Below are positions 1 to 15,200 of a DNA stretch of 64,000 bases, piece after piece; position 1 is the first letter of the stretch; each line of letters opens with the position of its first letter. A program made the position numbers and the translations under genes. A model generated the notes under the pieces. That model did not search any database. It was not told the DNA's origin and saw only the letters and a program-made list of their open reading frames with translations. The stretch comes from the human T2T-CHM13v2.0 reference genome, Homo sapiens. The stretch lies in NCBI RefSeq assembly GCF_009914755.1, contig NC_060947.1. One strand, given 5' to 3'.

Positions 1-274
1 ACTAGTTTGACAACATCATTTCTCCACTTTAAAGTATAATAAAAGGCTTAAACTAAATCAGTGTCCACTAAATACCCAAATGCTTGTTCATGATAAGGCA
101 TTCATTAGGACCCAGAGAACTAAAAATTTAAATTAAATTAAATTTAAAAGGGAAATGTAGCAATTCTATGTGTATTGTTAGTTCTCACTTCATCAGTATC
201 ACACCTTACTTTACTCATAAGAAAATGTCAGTAATAACACATACTATTATTTAAGACCTTTAGTCATAGCAATA

Positions 275-505
275 GTCAAATGTATACAGGGCTTTCTAGG
301 TGCCAAAAACTGTTCCAAGTACTTAATATAATTAACTCATTTAATCCTTATGAAGTAGGTACTGTTATTATCCCTATTTTATAGATAAGGTATAGATAAA
401 TTAAATCCCTTCTCAGGTCACACTGGAAAGTAAAGAGTAGAATCTGAATTCAAATCCAGGCAGTGTGGCTTTAGAATCCTCACTCTTTATCACTAAGTCA
501 TACTA
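275..505 (-). mobile_element. MIR SINE relic
   Basis: MIR core-like 'ctcatttaatcct...ttattatccctattttatagataag...gaattcaaatccaggcagtgtggct'. Confidence 0.6.
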
Positions 506-535
506 AACTAGCTTGACAAAATCAAGTTTGGTAAC

Positions 536-2926
536 TGTATTAGTCCATTTGTGTTGCTGCAAAGAAATACTTGAGGCTAGGTAATTTATGAAGAAAATAG
601 TTTTAATTGGCTTGTGGTTCTGCAGGCTGTACAAGAAGCATGATGCTGACATCTGCTTCTGGTGAGGGCTTCAGAAAGCTTACAATCACAGCAAAAGGTA
701 AAGGAGGAACAGGCATCTCACATGGCAAGAGCAGGAGCAAGAGAGAGAGGTAGGAGGTGCCACACACTTTTAAACAACCAGATCTCACGAGAACTCACTC
801 ACTATCATGAGAACAGCAACAAGATATTCATGATAGATTTGCCCCCATGACCCAAACACCTCTCACTAGGCACCACCTCCACCATCAGGGATTACATTTC
901 AATATGAGATTTATAGGGGAGAAACATCCAAACTATATCATTCTGCCCCTGGCCCCTCAAATCTCAAGTCCTTCTCATTTTGCAAAATATATTAATCTCT
1001 TCCCCCCAAATCTTAACTTGCTCCAAAATCAAGTTCAAAGTCTTAAGTCTCATCCGAGACTCATATCCTTCTGCCTATGAGCCTGTAAAACCAAAACAAG
1101 TTATTTAATCCCAAGATACAATGGTAGTACAGGCATTGGGTAAACATTACCATACTGAAAGGGAGAAATGAGCCAAAAGAAAGGAGCAATAGGCCCCACA
1201 CAAGTCTGAAACCTAGCAGGGCAGCCATTAAATCTTGAAGCTCCAAAATAATCTTCTCTGACTCCATGTCCCACATCTAAGGCACACTGGTGCAAGGGGT
1301 AGACTCCCAAAGGCCTTGGGCAGCTCTGTCTCCTGTGGCTTTGCAGGGTGCATCCCACTTGGCTGCTCACATAGGTTGGAGTTTAATGCCTTCAGCTTTT
1401 CTAGATGCAGCATAGAAGCTGCCGGTGGAGCTACCTTTCTGGGCTCTAGAGGTTGGTGGCCCCCTTCCCATAGCTCCACTAGGCAGTGCCCTAGTGAGAA
1501 CTCTGTTTGAGGCTTCCAGCCTCACATTTCCCCTTGGCATTGCCCCAGCAGAGGTTTTCTTTGAGGGTTCTGCCCCTGTGGCAGGCTTCTGCCTGGGCAC
1601 CTAGGCTTTCTCATATATATCCTCTGAAATCTAAGTGGAGGCCACCAAGCCTCATTCATGCTTGCATTCTATGCACAGGCTTAACACCATGTGGAAGCCA
1701 AGGCTTACAGCTTGCACCTTTCAGAATAGTGGCCCAAGCTGTACCTGGGGCCCTGTGAGCCACGGCCACAGCAGCCAGGATGTGGGAAGCAGTGTCCCAA
1801 GGCTGGATAGGGCATCCTGGTCCTAGCCTTGAAACCATTCTTTCCTCCTAGGCCTCTGGGTCTGTGATGAGAGGTGCTGCATCTGAGATCTCTGAAATGC
1901 CTTCAAGGCCTTTTTCCCATACTCTTGGATACTAGTACTTTGCTCCCTTTTTGTCATGCTAATCTCTCTAGCAAGTGGTTGCTCCACAGCCTGCTTGGAT
2001 ACTTTCTCTACCACAGAGCCAGGCTACAAATTTTCCAAACGTTTGTGCTTTGCTTTCCTTTTAAAAATAAATTCCAACTTTAAGTCATTCCTTTGCTCCT
2101 ACATCTGATCATATGTTTTTAGCCAGGCCACATCTGAAATGCTTTGCTGCTTAGAAATTTCTTCTGCCAGATACCCTAAATCATCACTCTTAAGTTCAGA
2201 CTTCCAAAGATCCTTAGGACATGAACACAGTGCCACCAAGTTCTTTGCTAGAGTGTAACACAGGTGACCTTTGTTCCAGTTCTCAATAAACTCCTCATTT
2301 TCACTTGAGATCTCATCAGCCTGGTTTTCACTATCCATAATTCTATCAGTATTTTGGTCACAATCATTTAACCAGTCTTTAAAAAGTTATAAACTTTCCC
2401 TCATCTTCCTGTCTTCTGAGCCCTCCAAACTCTTCCAACCACTTCCCATTACCCAGTTCCAAAGTCACTTACATATTTTCAGGTATCTTTATAGCAATGC
2501 CCCACTCCTCGGTCCCAATTTTCTGTATGAGTTCATTTGCGTTGATATAAAAAAATACCTGAGGCTAGGTAATACATTAAAAAGAGGTTTAATTGGCTCA
2601 TGGTTCTGCAGACAGTACAAGAAGCATGGTGCCAGCATCTGCTTCTGGTAAGGGCCTCAGAAAGCTTGCAATTATGGTGAAAGTCAAAGGGGAAGCTGGA
2701 ATCTCACATGTTGAGAGTGGGAGCAAGAGAGAGAGTGGGGAGGTGTCACACACTTTTAAGCAACCAGATATCGAGAGAACTCACTTGCTGTCTTGTGGAC
2801 AGCACCAAGCCATTCATGAAGGATCTACCCCCACGACCCAAACACCTCCCACCAGGCCCCACCTCCAATATTGGGGATTGCATTTCAAAATGAGATTTGG
2901 AGAGGACAAACATCCAAACTATATCA
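536..2926 (-). mobile_element. Complete MaLR element, MSTB-like (LTR 536-940, internal 941-2523, LTR 2524-2926)
   Basis: Two homologous LTRs (TG...CA) both ending 'catccaaactatatca'; MST-type internal region; 5-bp TSD gtaac at 531-535 and 2927-2931. Confidence 0.9.
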
Positions 2927-3371
2927 GTAACCAAGTATTATGTACCAATTCTGGGTTTTATTGTGTTTTTTTTTATTCTTAGTTCTTTTAAAGTTCTACT
3001 TTAAGACATTAAGAAACATATTGAGAAGTTAGTATGTCCCACAGAATCACTGGGTTACACTATGTATTATATTAAGACAGACTTGCAAATTTTGATATAT
3101 CATGCACCCATATTTTAAAGCTTCTTACATATTATGAAAATCAATTTAACTCTAAATTTTTATAATATTCATTGTATTGCAATGGTAAGAGAAATAAGCA
3201 AAGATAGCTGTAATTTTTCATATATTTGGGAGGAGAAAATTCCAGTGGAATAAGTAAATATTTGGTTCCATTCTCTTTAAGTTAGACTTAAATTATCTGC
3301 ACTTTCCTTTTTCCTATATTGTAGCATTTTATTTTGTCTCCTGATATGATTGTGTGCATCTTTCTCAACAG

Positions 3372-3453
3372 ACAGATTTTTGGATACAAAGACTGTTTTA
3401 TATTTTTGGCTGTGCCTCCAAATGAACCTTACATGGTGCCTTGCCCATTCTAG
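3372..3453 (+). pseudogene. Possible relic exon A of an unidentified decayed gene
   Basis: Acceptor 'catctttctcaacag|'; weak donor 'TAG|gtaccc'; frame QIFGYKDCFIFLAVPPNEPYMVPCPF* ends in phase 0. Confidence 0.25.
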
Positions 3454-3884
3454 GTACCCAATTCAAATTTGCTTGGCTGATTAAATAAATATTTGTCTCT
3501 TTTGAGATGACTTCAGCACAAGTTGGGGAAAACAGGATGGAGTCTGGATGTTCTCTTTCTAAGCAAAACAGTTTAACTCTTAGCAATGATAGTAAATAAC
3601 CATAAACATTTTAGAACCCAAGGGGGCAGCTAACATAGCCTGAACTTTGGGGAAGTAAACTAGGTTTCTGACCTCTCAAGTGTCAGCCCTGGGGAATGGA
3701 TATTAGACAAGGAACTCTGCAAAGTTGGCAGAAGACTGTCCAGGTGCAGCATAAATTGATGGAGCCAAGGCATAGCACCTGAACCCACCAGCAATGATCC
3801 AGCCAGTAGAGACAGAGCATCTAGCAGGTTGGAAGAACAAAACTTCTTAGTATGTAAACTGCTGTCAATTGAAGACAAGGCTTC

Positions 3885-4318
3885 TGTCCTGCTTTCTCTA
3901 CAAGCACAAAAATATACCTGTCTCAGTAAGAGGATATATAGGAATAACTTCTTATAGAATTTGGGCTTTGGTTGGATGATTTGGAGGAGGGTCTAAGAAA
4001 GCAAGAATTCACTCTATATTGGATACTGCAAGAAAGTGAGGGCAATTCTATGATTAGGTGTTTCATGGGTGGCACAGTGACCTTGATTTTGTCTGTGCTT
4101 AGACAAAATTATGAACATGGCCTTGTTTTGTTTCATTTTATCATTGTCTCAGAGTAACCTTGTCTGTGGTTGGTGTTCCGTGAGATTGTATGTCTCCAAA
4201 GAAAGAACAAAATAGCCTTGCCTTGAATATCAGAATAACTTATAAATAATATTGAGGTCTAGCTGCGAATGTCAGATCAATTCTGAATGTGAGAGCCTGC
4301 TTTTTTCTTTCTCACTCA
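3885..4318 (-). mobile_element. Old ERV solo-LTR relic (MER92-like)
   Basis: Minus strand begins 'tgagtgagaaagaaaaaagcagg...cagctagacct'; family recalled from memory. Confidence 0.35.
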
Positions 4319-4568
4319 TTATGGTAGTAGGCCTGAAAGCAAAGCTGGTGACAAGTTGGTACTCATAACTGAGTTAAGATGTAAGAGACTGAGGAAGAAG
4401 GAGGTTTCTGACACTACACCCTAAGCATAAGTTGCTTCTGCATACATTAGGTGTTTCTGGAATTTCTGGGAATATCCATCCTTTAATAAAACCAGGGCAA
4501 CAGCTGAAAAGCCCCAAATCCCTGTCAATTTAGCTGTAGATAAAGCTGACAAGAAGCAAGAAGCACCC

Positions 4569-5260
<692 letters not shown>

Positions 5261-5477
5261 CATCTGTAGGTGTTACATTATTTAATTATGTGGGGTAATT
5301 CTATTTTGTCCCTGAGTGAACCACCAGGCCCAGGTGCGGGAGTTTGTAACTTTACCTCATCAGAACTGAGAGTTAAGCTGCTTATGAAATGGTAATCAGT
5401 GTTACAATATAAACCTAAATTTTAAAAATAGGATGGTCTTGAAAGTATCTGAATTGACTTTCTGTCTCTCTTCATAG

Positions 5478-5543
5478 TTCGAAAAACGGAGTCTGAGCTG
5501 CAACAGACTCAATATTTTGCTAGATTTTACAGCAATTTCCCAG
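5478..5543 (+). pseudogene. Candidate relic exon B (66 nt, phase 0-0)
   Basis: Polypyrimidine acceptor 'gactttctgtctctcttcatag|'; consensus donor 'CAG|gtgagt'; open frame FEKRSLSCNRLNILLDFTAISQ; unique DNA. Confidence 0.55.
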
Positions 5544-7397
5544 GTGAGTTGGGTGCCTGCGAAGCACTGTTTTCATATAAGACTTCACTGGGATCAGGAG
5601 AGACATTTTCTTTACCCACATTCATCCCTCATCTTGTTTAAACACAAAATAACATCAAATGGCTGAGTTTAAAACATCCCATTTTGCTCTAAAACACGAA
5701 ACAAAATCTGTTTATTCTTGGCTTCTCAGGCAAAGTGAGCTTTCTGTATTTCCTGACTTCATATTAGTCGGAAGTGCTACTCCCATTTATCTACCATCTT
5801 AAGGATATGCAAAAGAAATGGGCAGCCCTGGTAACCTGAAAGAAGGGGCAACAGAGGACATCTTTCATTCTTAATCTTGGTAAACAGGATCTTCTAGAAC
5901 TGCATGGTGCAATTACGGTGCAAGAAGACTATTTCTGCTTCTTGACTAAACTTTGGTTTCCTAGCACCTTCCCTGGCCCCTTCTCTTTCATTGGCCTCCA
6001 ATCTGATCATATTCTTGACTGAGCTCAGCAGGTGGCAGCTTACTAATGGTGCCTATGTGCCCACACTCCTCCCCTCCTGCTTCAACACACACATGCCACA
6101 CAAAGGGTCATGCTCACACATCAGTAAAAAAATGCCCTCATCCCTTTTCTCTGCTAAATTTAGTAAATGGGGCTTTGACTCCCCTGCTAGAACCAGTTGG
6201 TAAACTCCAATTTTTCACCCTCAACTGCCCTCCCCACAGTCATGAGTTGTGACACTCACTTTCACAGAATTGCTTGTCTTTTAATTACATATATGTCAAA
6301 AATAAATGTAATAACAGAATTACAGTCTATTAGAGAAATAATCTTGTATGACCACTATAATGTACCTCAATTTCCTAGCAGAGTCCTTGTCATATAGAAG
6401 GTACACAATAATTATTGCTTGTATGAATGAACCCATGAGTTTTATAACTGAAGCAACTGAGGTTCACTGATATATCAAGTTTCTTACTCTGGCAAGTTAG
6501 TGTAGAACCTGTATTTTAAACTCACAGAAACATTTGTAGTGTTCAGTGAAGGGTCACAAATCATTGAGAGAGAAATATAAAACATTTTTGTTTTTTCAAT
6601 TACTGTTTCCAACGGTGCTCTAAATCTCTTCTTTCTTAGTGAGGAGTTTAATAATATCTTAATTTTATGCCTTTCCAGCCGCTTTCAGTTATCCATTCAA
6701 GTTTCCATTATTCAACCCTGTTCATTTTACAAAGTCAATGCCATATTCAGTCCAAAGCTTTTTTCTTCTCCAGAGGAAAAGATAAATTTGTGTCACTATC
6801 AGCTTGCATGAAGGGGATTCTAAGGGTCTGAGAGTGAAGGTGAAGCACCAGATCCACTCTTATAACCACCTTCCACTTCATCTTCTTTGCAATAGCTTGT
6901 ACATAGAAGAGTGAGGAAAGCCTAATGTGCCATTACATAATGGTCCATGGTGGGGTTGATTTCCTTTCCTTGCTTAGTTCTAATTGCCACTGTGACTTCT
7001 TGGCTTCGGATTCTGTGGGCAGGTGGTAGCTCTCATAAGCCACACTGATGAAGACTCTCCTTATGCTGCTGCCCTAGGCATTGGTCAGCTGCTTCCCCCC
7101 ACATTCTGCTAAAGTTTGTGACTCTGCCACATGCAGTGACAGACCCCAAAAATGTTATAGTCTTTAATTTCTTCAGTGGCTCCAAAATCTAGGGCCTTTG
7201 AAAAGAAGAAGAAGAAATGACTCTGATCACAAACACAACAATCTTCCTAAAGAAGACTCTTTCTTTAGGACTTCTTATTTGAGTTTATTGGGGAGAAGAA
7301 TGGCCATTTCTGCCCAATAGTACATCTCAGCAAGCCATAGAGGGAGGTGGCAACCTCTAACATCAAGTCAGGATAGTTTTCTGTTAGGTGCCTTGAA

Positions 7398-7560
7398 TAC
7401 ACACACATGAACATATATATATACACACACACACATACACATACACATAATGCAAATGTATCATGCATAGATATGTTATGGTATATGTGTATATATGTAT
7501 ATATTCACACATTCATCTTATATATACACACACGTGTGTGTGTGCACGTCTACATATGTA
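7398..7560. repeat. Compound (CA)n/(TA)n/(TG)n microsatellite
   Basis: Alternating purine-pyrimidine runs are directly visible. Confidence 0.9.
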
Positions 7561-7989
7561 TTCAGTGAGTTGGGATGAGGAACGGAGAACCATCAACTGG
7601 GTTGTGTGTATAATGTAGATTCATGGATCCCCTTTCTCCTGTTTTTCCTATTTATTTAGTGTGGCTTAATTTTCTTTAAGTAAGAAGGTTCTGATATTAA
7701 GCTTAATCAAAAGAAATTGTCAAATGGAATCTTTTTAATAAGGAAAGAATTTGAGAGTATTAAAAGAGGAAGACAAAGTGAAAAACTCTATATATAGAAA
7801 CAAAAGATGACGAATTGTAACAATGAAGGAAAATAAACATAGATAGACCCGAGTGGGATGAATGGTATGAATGAGCTAATAGTGAGAGGGGCTGGATATA
7901 CTAGGACTTTATGCTTATAAACCTTCTGTACTAGATCCTAGAACCTATGAAAGACAGAGGAAAATTAGTATTTAAATTCAATATTATTC

Positions 7990-8233
7990 CTATCTCACCA
8001 TAATGGCAAAAATTAAGAACTGTAATAAAACAACAGAAGGTGGATGATGTAGATCAAAGAGAGCTCTTATATATTGCTAGCATGAATATAAATTGGTACA
8101 ACTTCTTTTGAAAATAACTGAGTATAATCTGACAAACCTGAGCACGTGCACATCTTACAGTTTAGCAATCTTACACCTAAGTATGTATAACTAAGAGAAA
8201 TTCTCACACATATGTTCTAGAATATATGCCACA
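7990..8233 (+). mobile_element. Ancient L1ME-type fragment, resuming at about 18705-18870
   Basis: Degenerate L1 ORF2 3'-end sequence; TSD-like 'atatatgccacatt' and 'atatataccaaatt' flank the inserted L1 block. Confidence 0.55.
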
Positions 8234-11200
8234 TTTTTTTAGATTCAGAGGGTACATGTGCAGGTTTGTTACATGGATATATTGCATAATGTTGAGATTT
8301 GGGGTACAACTGATCATGCCACCCAAGTAGTAAACAGAGTACCCAACAGATAGTTTTTAAACCCGTGCCCTCATCCCTCCCTGCTTTTGGAGTCCTTAGT
8401 GTCTATTGTTTCCATCTTTATTCCATGTATACCCAACATTCAACTACTACTTATAAGTGAGAATATGTGGTATTTGAATTTCTGTTTCTGCATTAATTTG
8501 GTTAGAATAATAGCCTCCAACTGCACCCAGATAGCTGCAAAAGACATTTCATTCTTTTCATGGCTGCATAGTATTCCATGGTGTATATATACCACAGTTT
8601 TTAGCCATTGCACTTTTGATGGGCACATAGGTTGATTCCATGTCTTTGCTATTGTGAATAGTACTGTGATGGATATGCGAGTGCACGTTCCTTTTTGGTA
8701 GAACAATTTGTTTTCCTTTCAGTGGATACCCAGTAATGGCATTGCTAGGTCAAATGGTAGTTCTCTTTCAAGTTCATTGAGAAATCTCCAAACGGCTTTA
8801 TGCAGTGGCTGGACTAATTTACACTCCCACTAGCAGTGTATGAAAGTTCCCTTTTCTCCACAAGCTCGCCAACATCTGTTGGTTTTTGACTTTTTAATGC
8901 TAGCCATTCTGATGAGTGTGAGACCATATCTCATTGTTGTTTTGATTTGTATTTCTCTAATAATTAGTGATGTTGAGCATTTTTTTCATATGTTTGTTGG
9001 CCACTTGTATGTCTTCCTTTGGTAAGTCTCTGTTCATATCCTTTGCTCAATTTTTAATGTTTTTCTGTTTCATTTCTTGTTGATTTGTCTAAATTCCTTA
9101 TAGATTCTGGATATTCATCCTTCATTGCATGCATAGTTTGCAAATATTTTCTCCCAATCTGTAGGTTGTTTGTTTACTCTGTTGATAGTTTATTTTGCTG
9201 CACAGAAGCTCTTTCATTTAATTTAATTAGGTTCCAATTGTCAATTTTTGTTTTTGTTGCATTTGCTTTTGGGATCTTCATCATAAGTTCTTTGCCTAGG
9301 CCAATGTCCAGAAGAGTATTTCCTAGCTTTTCTTACAGGATTTTTATACTTTGAGGTCTTATATTTCAGTCTTTAATCCTCTTGAGTTAACTTTTGCATA
9401 TGGTGAAACTTGGTAAGGATCCAGTTTCATTCTTCTGCATATGGTTAGCCAGTTTTCCCAGCACTATTTATTGAATAATTTGATGCCTCTGGCTTTTTTT
9501 TTTTTTTTTTTTTTTTGGCTTTGGCTTTGGCTTTGGCTACTCGGGCACATTTTTTGGTCCATATGAATATTAGGAGAGTTTTTTTTTTCTAATTCTGTGA
9601 CAAATGACATTGGTAATTTGATAAGAATTGCATTGAATCTACAGATTGCTTTTGGCAGCATAGGCATTTTAATGATATAAATTCTTCTAATCCACAGGCA
9701 TAGAATTTCAATTTTTTTGTGTCATCTATGATTTTTTTCAACAATATTTTGGAGTTCTCCTTATAGAGTTATTTCACCTCCATGGTTAAAGGCATTCCTA
9801 GGTATTCTATTTTTGTATGTGTGTGCCTATTGTAAATGGGATTTATAACTTTTTGAGTTATAAAAAATCATTTATAACTTTTTGAGTAAATTGTAGGTGT
9901 GTATATTTATGGGGTACATGAGATGTTTTGATACAGACATGCAATGTGTAATCATCACATTATGGAAAATGTGGTATCCATCCCCCCAGCATTTATCTTG
10001 TATGTTACAAACAATCCAGTTATATTTTTTAGTTATTTTGAAATGTACAATTAAGGTATTATTGACTATAGTCACCCTTTTGTGCTAGCAAATACTAGGT
10101 CTCATTCATCCTTTCTAACTAATTTTTTTGTATGCATTAACCATTCCCACTTCACCCCCCTACTCCACAACTACGCATCCCAGCCTCTGGTAACCATCCT
10201 TCTACTCTCTGTATCCATGAGTTCAATTGTTTTGATTTTTAGATCCCACAAATAAGTGAGAACATGCACAGTTTATCTTTCTGTGCCTGGCTTATTTCAC
10301 TTATACTGACCTCCAGTTCCCTCCATGTTGTTGCAACTGACAGGATCTCATTCTTTTGTATGGCTGAATATTACTCCATTGTGTATAATTAGCATGTTTT
10401 CTTTATCCACTCAACTGTTGATGAACACTTAGGTTACCTCCAAATCTTGGCTATTGTGAACAGTGCTGCAACAAACATGGGAGTGCAGATATCTCTTCGA
10501 TGTTCTGATTTCCTTTCTATTGGGTATATACCCAGAAGTGGGATTACTGAATCATATGGTACGTCTATTTTTAGTTTTCTGAGGACCCTCCAAACTGTTA
10601 TCCATAGTGGTTGTGCTAATTTACCTTCCCACTAACAGGGTGCAAGGGATCCCATTTCTCCACATTCTCACCAGCATTTGTAATTTCCTGTCTTTTGGAT
10701 ATAAGCCATTTTAACTGGAGTGAGATGATATCTCATTGTAGTTTTGATTTGCATTCCTCTGATCAGTGATGTCAAGCACCTTTTCATATGCTTGTTTGCC
10801 ATTTGTATGTCTTAGAAATGTCGAGTCAAATCATTTGCCCGTTTTTTTGATTGGATCATTAGATTTTTCCAAGAGTTGTTTGAGTTCCTTATATATTCTG
10901 GTTATTAATTCCTTGTGAGATAGGTAGTTTGCAAATATTTTCTCCCATTTTGTGGGTTGTCTCTTCACTTTATTGATGTTGCCTTTGCTGTGCAGAAGCT
11001 TTTTAACTTGATGCGATCCCATTTGTCCATTTGTGCTTGTTTTGCCTGTGCTTGTGGGGTATTGCTCAAGATATCTTTGCACAGACTAATGTCCTAGAGA
11101 TTTTCCTCAATATTTTCTCTTAATAGTTTCATATTTTGAAGTCTTAGATTTAAGTTTTAAGCTATTTTGATTTGATTTTCATTTATGGTGAAAGATAGGG

Positions 11201-11486
11201 GTATAGTTTCATTCTTTTGCATATGTATATCCAGTTTTCCCAGCACCATTTATTGAAGAGACTTTATTTTAAACAGTGTATGTTCTTGGCAGTTTTGTTG
11301 AAAATGAGTTCCCTGTTGGTGTGTGGATTTGTTTCTGGGTTCTTTATGCTATTTCATTGGTCTATGTGTCTGTATTTGAAGTTAGGTAATGTGATTCCTC
11401 CAGTTTTGTTTCCTCCCCGCCCCTCCCCCGCCAGGATAGCTTTGGCTATTCTGGGTCTTTTGTGGTTTTATATAAATTTTAGGATT

Positions 11487-12252
11487 TTTTTTTCCTTTTT
11501 TAACTTTTATTTTAAGTTTGGGGGTACAAGTGCAGGTTTGTTACACAAGTAAACTTCTGCCATGGGGATTTGTTGTACAGATTATTTATCATCCAGCTAT
11601 TAAGACTAGTATCCATTAGTTATTTGATCTGATCCTCTCCCTCCTCCCACCCTCCACCCTCCCAAAGTTCCCAGTGTGTGTTATTTTCCTCTATGTGTAC
11701 ATGTTTTCTCATCATTTAGCTCCCACTTATAAGTGAGAACAGGAAGTACTTGGTTTATGTTCCTGTGTTAGTTGGCTAAGGATAATGGCCTCCAGCTCCA
11801 TCCATGTCCCTGCAGATAACATGATCTCATTCTTTTTGTGGCTGCATAGTATTCTATGGTGGATATGTACCACATTTTCTTTATCCAGTATATCACTGAT
11901 GGGCATTTAAGTTGATTCCATGTCTTTGCTATTGTGAATAGTGTTATAATGAACATACTCATGCATGTGTCTTTATAATAGAATGATTTTTATTCCTTGG
12001 GGTATACACCCAGTAATGGGATTGCTGGGTCAAATGATATTTCTAGTTTTGGGTCTTTGAGGAATTGCCCCCTGTCTTCCACAATGCCTGAACTAATATA
12101 CATTCCCACCAACAGTGTATAAGAGTTCTTTTTTCTCCACAACCTTACTAGTATCTGTTATTTTTTGATATTTTAATAATAGCCATTCTGACTGGTGTGA
12201 GATGACATCTCATTGTGGTTTTGATTTGCATTTCGGTAATGATCAGTGATGT
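11487..12252 (-). mobile_element. 5'-truncated L1PA (about PA11-13) nested in the L1MA
   Basis: New poly-T and L1PA 3' end 'ttttaagtttgggggtacaagtgcagg'; host L1 resumes at about 12253. Confidence 0.75.
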
Positions 12253-15200
12253 TTTATCTATTTCTGTAAAGAATGTCATTGGTGTTTTCATAGCTATTGT
12301 ACTAAGTCTGTGGGTTGCTTTTGATAGTATGGACATTTTAACAATGTTGATTCTTTCAATCCATGAACATGGCATATCTTTTCATTTTTTGGTGTCCTCT
12401 TCAATTTATTTCATCAGTGTTTTGTAGTTTTCATTATAAATATTTTTCACTTCTTTGGTTAAGTTAATTCTTAAGTATTTAATTGTATTTGTGGTTACTG
12501 TAAATGGGATTACTTTTGAAATTTCAGATTGTTCACTGTTGGCATATGGGAATGCTAGTGATTTTGTATCCTGCAAAATACTGAATTTGTTTATTTGTTC
12601 TAATAATTGTTTGGTGAAGTTTTTAGGTTTTTCCAAATATAAGATTATATCATCTGCAAACAGGATAATTTGACTTCTTCCATTCCATTTTGGATTCCCT
12701 TTATTTTCTTTCGCTTGTCTGATTGCTCTAGCTAGGACTTCTTGTACTATGTTGAATAATAGTGGTCAAAGTAGGTATCCTCCCCATATTTCAGAGCTTA
12801 GAAAAAAGACTCAATTTTTCCCCATTCAGTATGATACTAGCTCTGGATTTGTCATATGTGGCTTTTATTATGTTGACATATGTTCCTTCTATACACAGTT
12901 TTTATAGGGGTTTTGTTGTTAAGGGATATTGAATTTTATCAAATGCTTTTTCAGCATCAATTAAAATGATCATATGGATTCTATCCTTCTTTCTGTTGAT
13001 ATGATGTATCACATTGATTAACTTGTGTATGTTGAGCCATTCTTGCATACAAGAGATATATCCCACTTGGTCATAATGAATGATCTTTTTAGTATATTGT
13101 TGAATTAAGTTTGCTAGTATTTTGCTGTAGATTTTTGCATCAGTATTCATCAGAGATACTGCTCTGTAGTTATCTTTTTTTTATGTGTCTTTGTCTGGTT
13201 TTGGTATCAGGACAATACTGGCCTTGTAGAATGAGTTTGGAAGTATTCCCTCCTCCTCTATTTTTCAGAATAGTTTGAGTAGAATTGGTATTAGTTATTC
13301 TTCAAATGTTTGCTAAACTTCAACAGTGATGCCATCAGGTTCCTGGCTTTTCTTTACTAGGAGAGCTTTTATTATAGCTTCACTCTTGTTACTTGTTATT
13401 GATCTGTTCAAGTTTTGTATTTCTTCCTGGTTCAATCTTGGAAGATTGTATATGCCTAGAAATTTGTCCATTTCTTCTAGATTTTCCAAATTATTGGCAT
13501 ATAGATGTTCATAGTAGCCACTAATGATCCTTTGAATTTCTTTAGTATCAATTATAATGTCTCCTTTTTGATCTCTGGTTTTATTTATTTGTGTCTTCTC
13601 TCTTTTTTCTTAGTCTGGCTAAAGTTTTGTCAATTTTGTTTAACTTTCCAAAAAGTTAACTCTGTTTTATTGATCTTTCTTATTTTTTTCTTCATTACAA
13701 TTTCATTCATTTCTGCTCTGATCTTTTTTTTTTTTCATTTGCTAATTTGGGGTTTTGTTTGCTTTTGCTTTTCTGGTTCTTTAGGATGCATCATTAGTTT
13801 ATTTTTTTGAAGTTGTCCTTCTTTTGTGATGTAGACATTTATAGCTATAAACTTTCTTCTTACTACTGCTTTTGCTGTATCCCATAGGTCTTGGTATGTT
13901 TTGTTTCCATTGTTATTTGTTTCAGGAAATTTTTCAATTTTCTTCCTAATTTTTTCATTGATCCATTTGTCATTTAGGAGCATATTGTTTACATTCTATA
14001 TATTTGTATACTTCCAAAATTCCTCTATTATTGATTTATAGTTTTATTCTATTGTAGTCAGAGAGGATGCTTGATATTATTTCAATTATTTTGAATGTTT
14101 TAAGACTTGTTTTGTGAGCTAACATATGGTCTAACCTTGAGAATGATCCATGTGCTGTGGAAAATAATGTGTATTCCGTAGTCATTGGATGAAATGTTCT
14201 GTAAATATCTATTAGATTCTTTTGGTCTGTAGTGCAGATTAATTTTAATATTTATTTGTTGATTTTCTGTCTGGGAGATGTGTCCACCACTGAAAGTGGG
14301 GTGTTAAGGTCTCTAGCTCTTGTTGTATTGGGACCCGTCTCTCTGTCTCACTTTAATAATATTGTCTTTATAGGTTGGTGTGCTCCAGTGTTGGATGCAC
14401 ATATATTTAAAATTATTATACTCTCTTGATGAATTAACCCCTTTATCATTATATAGTAACCTTCTTTGTCTCTTATTGTAGTTTTTGTCTTGACTTCTAT
14501 TTTATCTGATATATGAATAGTGACTCCTGCTCTACTTTGGTTTCCATTGGCATGTCATATCTATTTCCCATCCCTTTAGTCTATGCGTGGCTTTGTGAGC
14601 GAAGTGTGTTTCTCGCAGGCAACAGATTAATGGGTCTTGTTTATTCATCCATTCAGCTACTCTATGTGTTTTGATGGGAGAGTTTAGTTTATTTACATTC
14701 AATGTTATTATTGATAAGTAAGGACTTCTGCCATTTTTTTATTTGTTTTCTAGTTGTTCTGTTGTCTTCTCTTCCTTCTTTCTTTCCTTCCTGTTTAACT
14801 TTAGTGAAGGTGATTTTCTCCAGTGATATGATTTAGTTTCTTGTTTTTTATTTTTTGTGTACCTATTGTAAGATTTTTGGTTTGAGGTTACCAGGAGGCT
14901 TGCAAATGCTATGTTATAATTCATTATTTCAACTATATAACAACACTGTTTGCATGAACAAACAAACAAGCAAAAAGAAAACAAATAAAAATTCTATGGC
15001 TTAACTTCATCTCCCTGCTTTTTAAATTTGTTGTTTCCATTTATACCTTATTGTACTGTTTATGTCTTGGAAAGTTGTTGTAGTTATTATTTTTTATTGG
15101 TTTATTGTTCAGTCTTCCTATGTAGGATAAGAGTAATTTACATGCCACAGTCACAGCGTAGTAATATTCTGTGATTTTCTGTGTACTTAGTATTACCAGA

